Shown here: piece by piece, positions 27,484 to 29,693 of the stretch
How the letters are laid out: every line of letters starts with the position of its first letter
How positions within the stretch are numbered: position 1 is the stretch's first letter
DNA from: Bacteroidales bacterium
GTDB lineage: Bacteria > Bacteroidota > Bacteroidia > Bacteroidales > JAADJA01
NCBI GenBank assembly: GCA_021107975.1
Contig: JAIORT010000600.1
Span: 1-29,693, forward strand
DNA: 29,693 nucleotides
Direction of reading: 5' to 3'
Program-made: the position numbers and the translations under genes
Notes under the pieces: model-generated
Told to the model about the DNA's origin: nothing
Seen by the model: only the letters and a program-made list of their open reading frames with translations
Database searches by the model: none

Positions 27484-28269
27484 TCAAAACCTGATAATAA
27501 AATCTTCTTTGCTTAATTCTTTTTTTAAAAAAACCAATCCCATAAAAAAAATATCTACGGTTAATGTTACTGAAGCATGATTTTGAACATACTTCCAGGC
27601 AGCTTCCATTCCCTTTGACCAATGAATATCATCAAAAATTAAAACAGAATTGTTATTTACTTTTTGCAGTATTTGTTCAAAATATTTAATTGTCGGTTCC
27701 TTCCTGTGGTTCCCATCTATAAAAACGAAATCTATCTTATCGGTTCTATTAATAACTTTTGGGAGTTCATCATTAAATTTTCCGGTTATTAACTCTATAT
27801 TTTTAATATTAAGTTTTCTGAAATTTTCAGTAGCAACAGAAGAAATATTCGGACATCCCTCTATCGTTATCACTTTCCCGTCAGGGTTTGCCAGTGCCAT
27901 ATAAGCAGAACTTAAACCTAACGATGTACCAAGTTCAAGAATTGTATGGGGGTTAAAATATTTTACCAGCCTGTAAAGCAATCTGCCGTATTTTAATGGC
28001 TTGGAAGAATTTTTTGCAATTTGTTTGATTTTTCTTTGCGATCCTTTATCAACTGCCGACCCAGCGCCAAAGTCTTCTATATTAATGGTTTTATTATTCC
28101 TTAAAAGTTCTTTTTTAAGATTTTCGACTTTTATATAATCAGAGGTTTTCGATTTGTCTTCAAAAACCCTGGTAATCAGATCAAAAAGAAAGGGTGGGTG
28201 GACATCATGCTTGGTTTGTGAAAAAAAACGATATGCTAAGTATTTTCTGATAAAACTAAAATTTTGCAT
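27484..28269 (-). CDS. Class I SAM-dependent methyltransferase (O-methyltransferase/Methyltransf_24-like)
   Basis: ILELGTSLGLS (motif I), VITIEG, FVFIDGNH, IFDDIHWS. Confidence 0.88.
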   Translation of the reverse strand: MQNFSFIRKYLAYRFFSQTKHDVHPPFLFDLITRVFEDKSKTSDYIKVENLKKELLRNNKTINIEDFGAGSAVDKGSQRKIKQIAKNSSKPLKYGRLLYRLVKYFNPHTILELGTSLGLSSAYMALANPDGKVITIEGCPNISSVATENFRKLNIKNIELITGKFNDELPKVINRTDKIDFVFIDGNHRKEPTIKYFEQILQKVNNNSVLIFDDIHWSKGMEAAWKYVQNHASVTLTVDIFFMGLVFLKKELSKEDFIIRF

Positions 28270-28273
28270 AAAG

Positions 28274-28281
28274 CAAAGTTA
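28274..28281 (-). promoter_or_regulatory. -7 promoter element (TAACTTTG) for the methyltransferase
   Basis: Exact TAnnTTTG on the minus strand, 4 nt before ATG 28269. Confidence 0.65.
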
Positions 28282-28363
28282 ATTAAATTATTCATCTTAC
28301 GATTTCGAAAAAACTTGTAAGATATAAAAGACATTGCAGGTTTACCTGTTATATAAAAGTTCG

Positions 28364-28371
28364 TACTTTTG
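28364..28371 (+). promoter_or_regulatory. -7 promoter element (TACTTTTG) for the flippase / polysaccharide locus
   Basis: Exact TAnnTTTG match in the divergent intergenic region. Confidence 0.55.
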
Positions 28372-28500
28372 AGCCTTATAAACTGAATGAAAACAGGAAT
28401 GCAAATTTCTTTAATTGTAGTTTATTTAAAACCACACAGTTAAATTATCAGAAAATTGCAAAGTTTATGCGTTTCAGTATAACGGGTTGGTAAATTTTAG

Positions 28501-29693
28501 ATGAAAAAAAAACTTCTTCAATCAGAATTTCTGAAAAATGTTATTACCCTGATGAGCGGGACTGCTATTGCACAGGCAATTCCTGTATTGATCTCTCCCA
28601 TCTTAAGCCGGTTATATACGCCTGAAGACTTTGGCGTCCTGGCACTATTTATGTCAATTGCTGCGGTTATAAGCGTAATTGCCACCGGACGATATGAATT
28701 AGCTATAATGCTGCCTAAAAAGAAAAGGGATGCATATAACGTTTTGGCTCTATCGCTGCTATTTACATTTATAGTTTCTGTTTTTACATTCATTCTGGTT
28801 GTTATATTTAAAAAGCCTGTTGCTATTTTTTTTGAAGAACCGGGAATAGAACCCTGGCTTTATTTTTTACCCATTGTTGTGTTGTTTGCAGGGATGTACC
28901 AGGCTTTTAACTATTGGTCAACAAGACACAAAACATTTAAAAGAAATGCTACCGGCAGGGTTTCCCAGTCAACGGTTATGTCTGCCACAAACATAGGAAT
29001 GGGAGTTGCAAAGGCAGGCTCTTCCGGTCTGATACTCGGTTATATCCTCGGTCAGGTTGTTGCCGCATTAGTCTTAGGCTGGCAAACATTAATACATCTG
29101 AAAGAAATAAGAAAAGAGATAACACGGAAAGAAATAATTGAAAATGCTAAAAAGTATAAGAATTTTTTAAAAATAAATACCCCACATGCTTTTTTGGATT
29201 CATTACAGAATAATGGAATTATTTATTTGATAATGTTCTTTTTTTCAAAACTCATTTTGGGGTCATACTCGTTTGCTTTCAGGGTTTTAAAAGCTCCTGT
29301 GGGATTGATTGGTAATGCAATATACCAGGTCTTTTATCAAAAAGCTACAGAAGCATTGAAAAATGGACAGCAAATACAACCAATGGTTAGAAGAATTTAC
29401 AGAAATCTGTTTTTGATCGGATTTCCGGTGTTTTTTCTTTTGTTCCTTTTCGCACGACCTGTTTTTGCTTTTGTTTTTGGAGAAGAATGGAAAATTTCAG
29501 GCGAGATAGCACAAATTTTAATGCCCTGGTTATTTTTGAATTTTATTGCTAATCCTGTTTCATGTATAGCTATTATAATGAATAAGCAAAGAGAAGCAAT
29601 GTTTATTACCTTTGTAGATATTACTTTTAAAGTAATAGCAATAGTAATTGGCGGGATAAGTAATGATTTTAAATTAGCATTCATTATAATGAG
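28501..29693 (+). CDS. Wzx-like oligosaccharide flippase / polysaccharide biosynthesis protein; 3' truncated by the window edge and absent from the ORF track
   Basis: Manually translated open frame to the end of the window: MKKKLLQSEFLKNVITLMSGTAIAQAIPVLISPILSRLYTPEDFGVLALF...TGRYELAIMLP...; many TM segments; FGEEWKISG. Confidence 0.88.
   Translation, partial: MKKKLLQSEFLKNVITLMSGTAIAQAIPVLISPILSRLYTPEDFGVLALFMSIAAVISVIATGRYELAIMLPKKKRDAYNVLALSLLFTFIVSVFTFILVVIFKKPVAIFFEEPGIEPWLYFLPIVVLFAGMYQAFNYWSTRHKTFKRNATGRVSQSTVMSATNIGMGVAKAGSSGLILGYILGQVVAALVLGWQTLIHLKEIRKEITRKEIIENAKKYKNFLKINTPHAFLDSLQNNGIIYLIMFFFSKLILGSYSFAFRVLKAPVGLIGNAIYQVFYQKATEALKNGQQIQPMVRRIYRNLFLIGFPVFFLLFLFARPVFAFVFGEEWKISGEIAQILMPWLFLNFIANPVSCIAIIMNKQREAMFITFVDITFKVIAIVIGGISNDFKLAFIIM

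Noticed and set aside
28504-28512. A9 tract at the start of the flippase as a phase-variation switch
   Set aside because: A8-A9 runs also occur elsewhere in this AT-rich window (an A8 run inside ftsH), so it is not distinctive
2750-29684. The many 60-160 aa ORFs in the track that overlap or lie antisense to long genes (e.g. 6395-6682, 7063-7539, 11933-12181, 26728-27087, 28518-28793, 29397-29684)
   Set aside because: Shadow frames of well-supported genes; no motifs or independent promoter context

Overview
A Bacteroidota (probably Bacteroidales-like) chromosomal window, AT-rich, with no Shine-Dalgarno motifs noticed and repeated TAnnTTTG (-7) promoter boxes. It is mostly housekeeping: a large NtrY-like membrane histidine kinase, pyrE, an SRPBCC protein, birA, rsfS-ftsH-LUD-2xDUF2007-cdsA-psd, an inverted-order hicB-hicA toxin-antitoxin pair, a secreted C69 peptidase, purF, greA-HIT, an orphan ABC ATPase, a SAM methyltransferase, and a Wzx-like flippase that runs off the right edge (missing from the ORF track). 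The most notable block is a 9.3-kb minus-strand three-gene operon (16675-25946): a TonB-dependent receptor, a 1470-aa secreted protein with a T9SS-like C-terminal domain, and a PorV-family barrel. It has no SusD-like lipoprotein, and I know of no functional characterisation. Notable non-coding signals: interleaved 11-bp and 10-bp perfect inverted repeats (pseudoknot topology) between the two DUF2007 paralogs; a 17-bp direct repeat at 21-bp period (LytTR-like geometry); 7-bp-period repeats and REP-like hairpins in intergenic gaps; two probable leaderless genes; and a terminator just upstream of greA. I found no rRNA, tRNA, CRISPR array or transposase. All family assignments come from motif recognition by eye, not from database searches.
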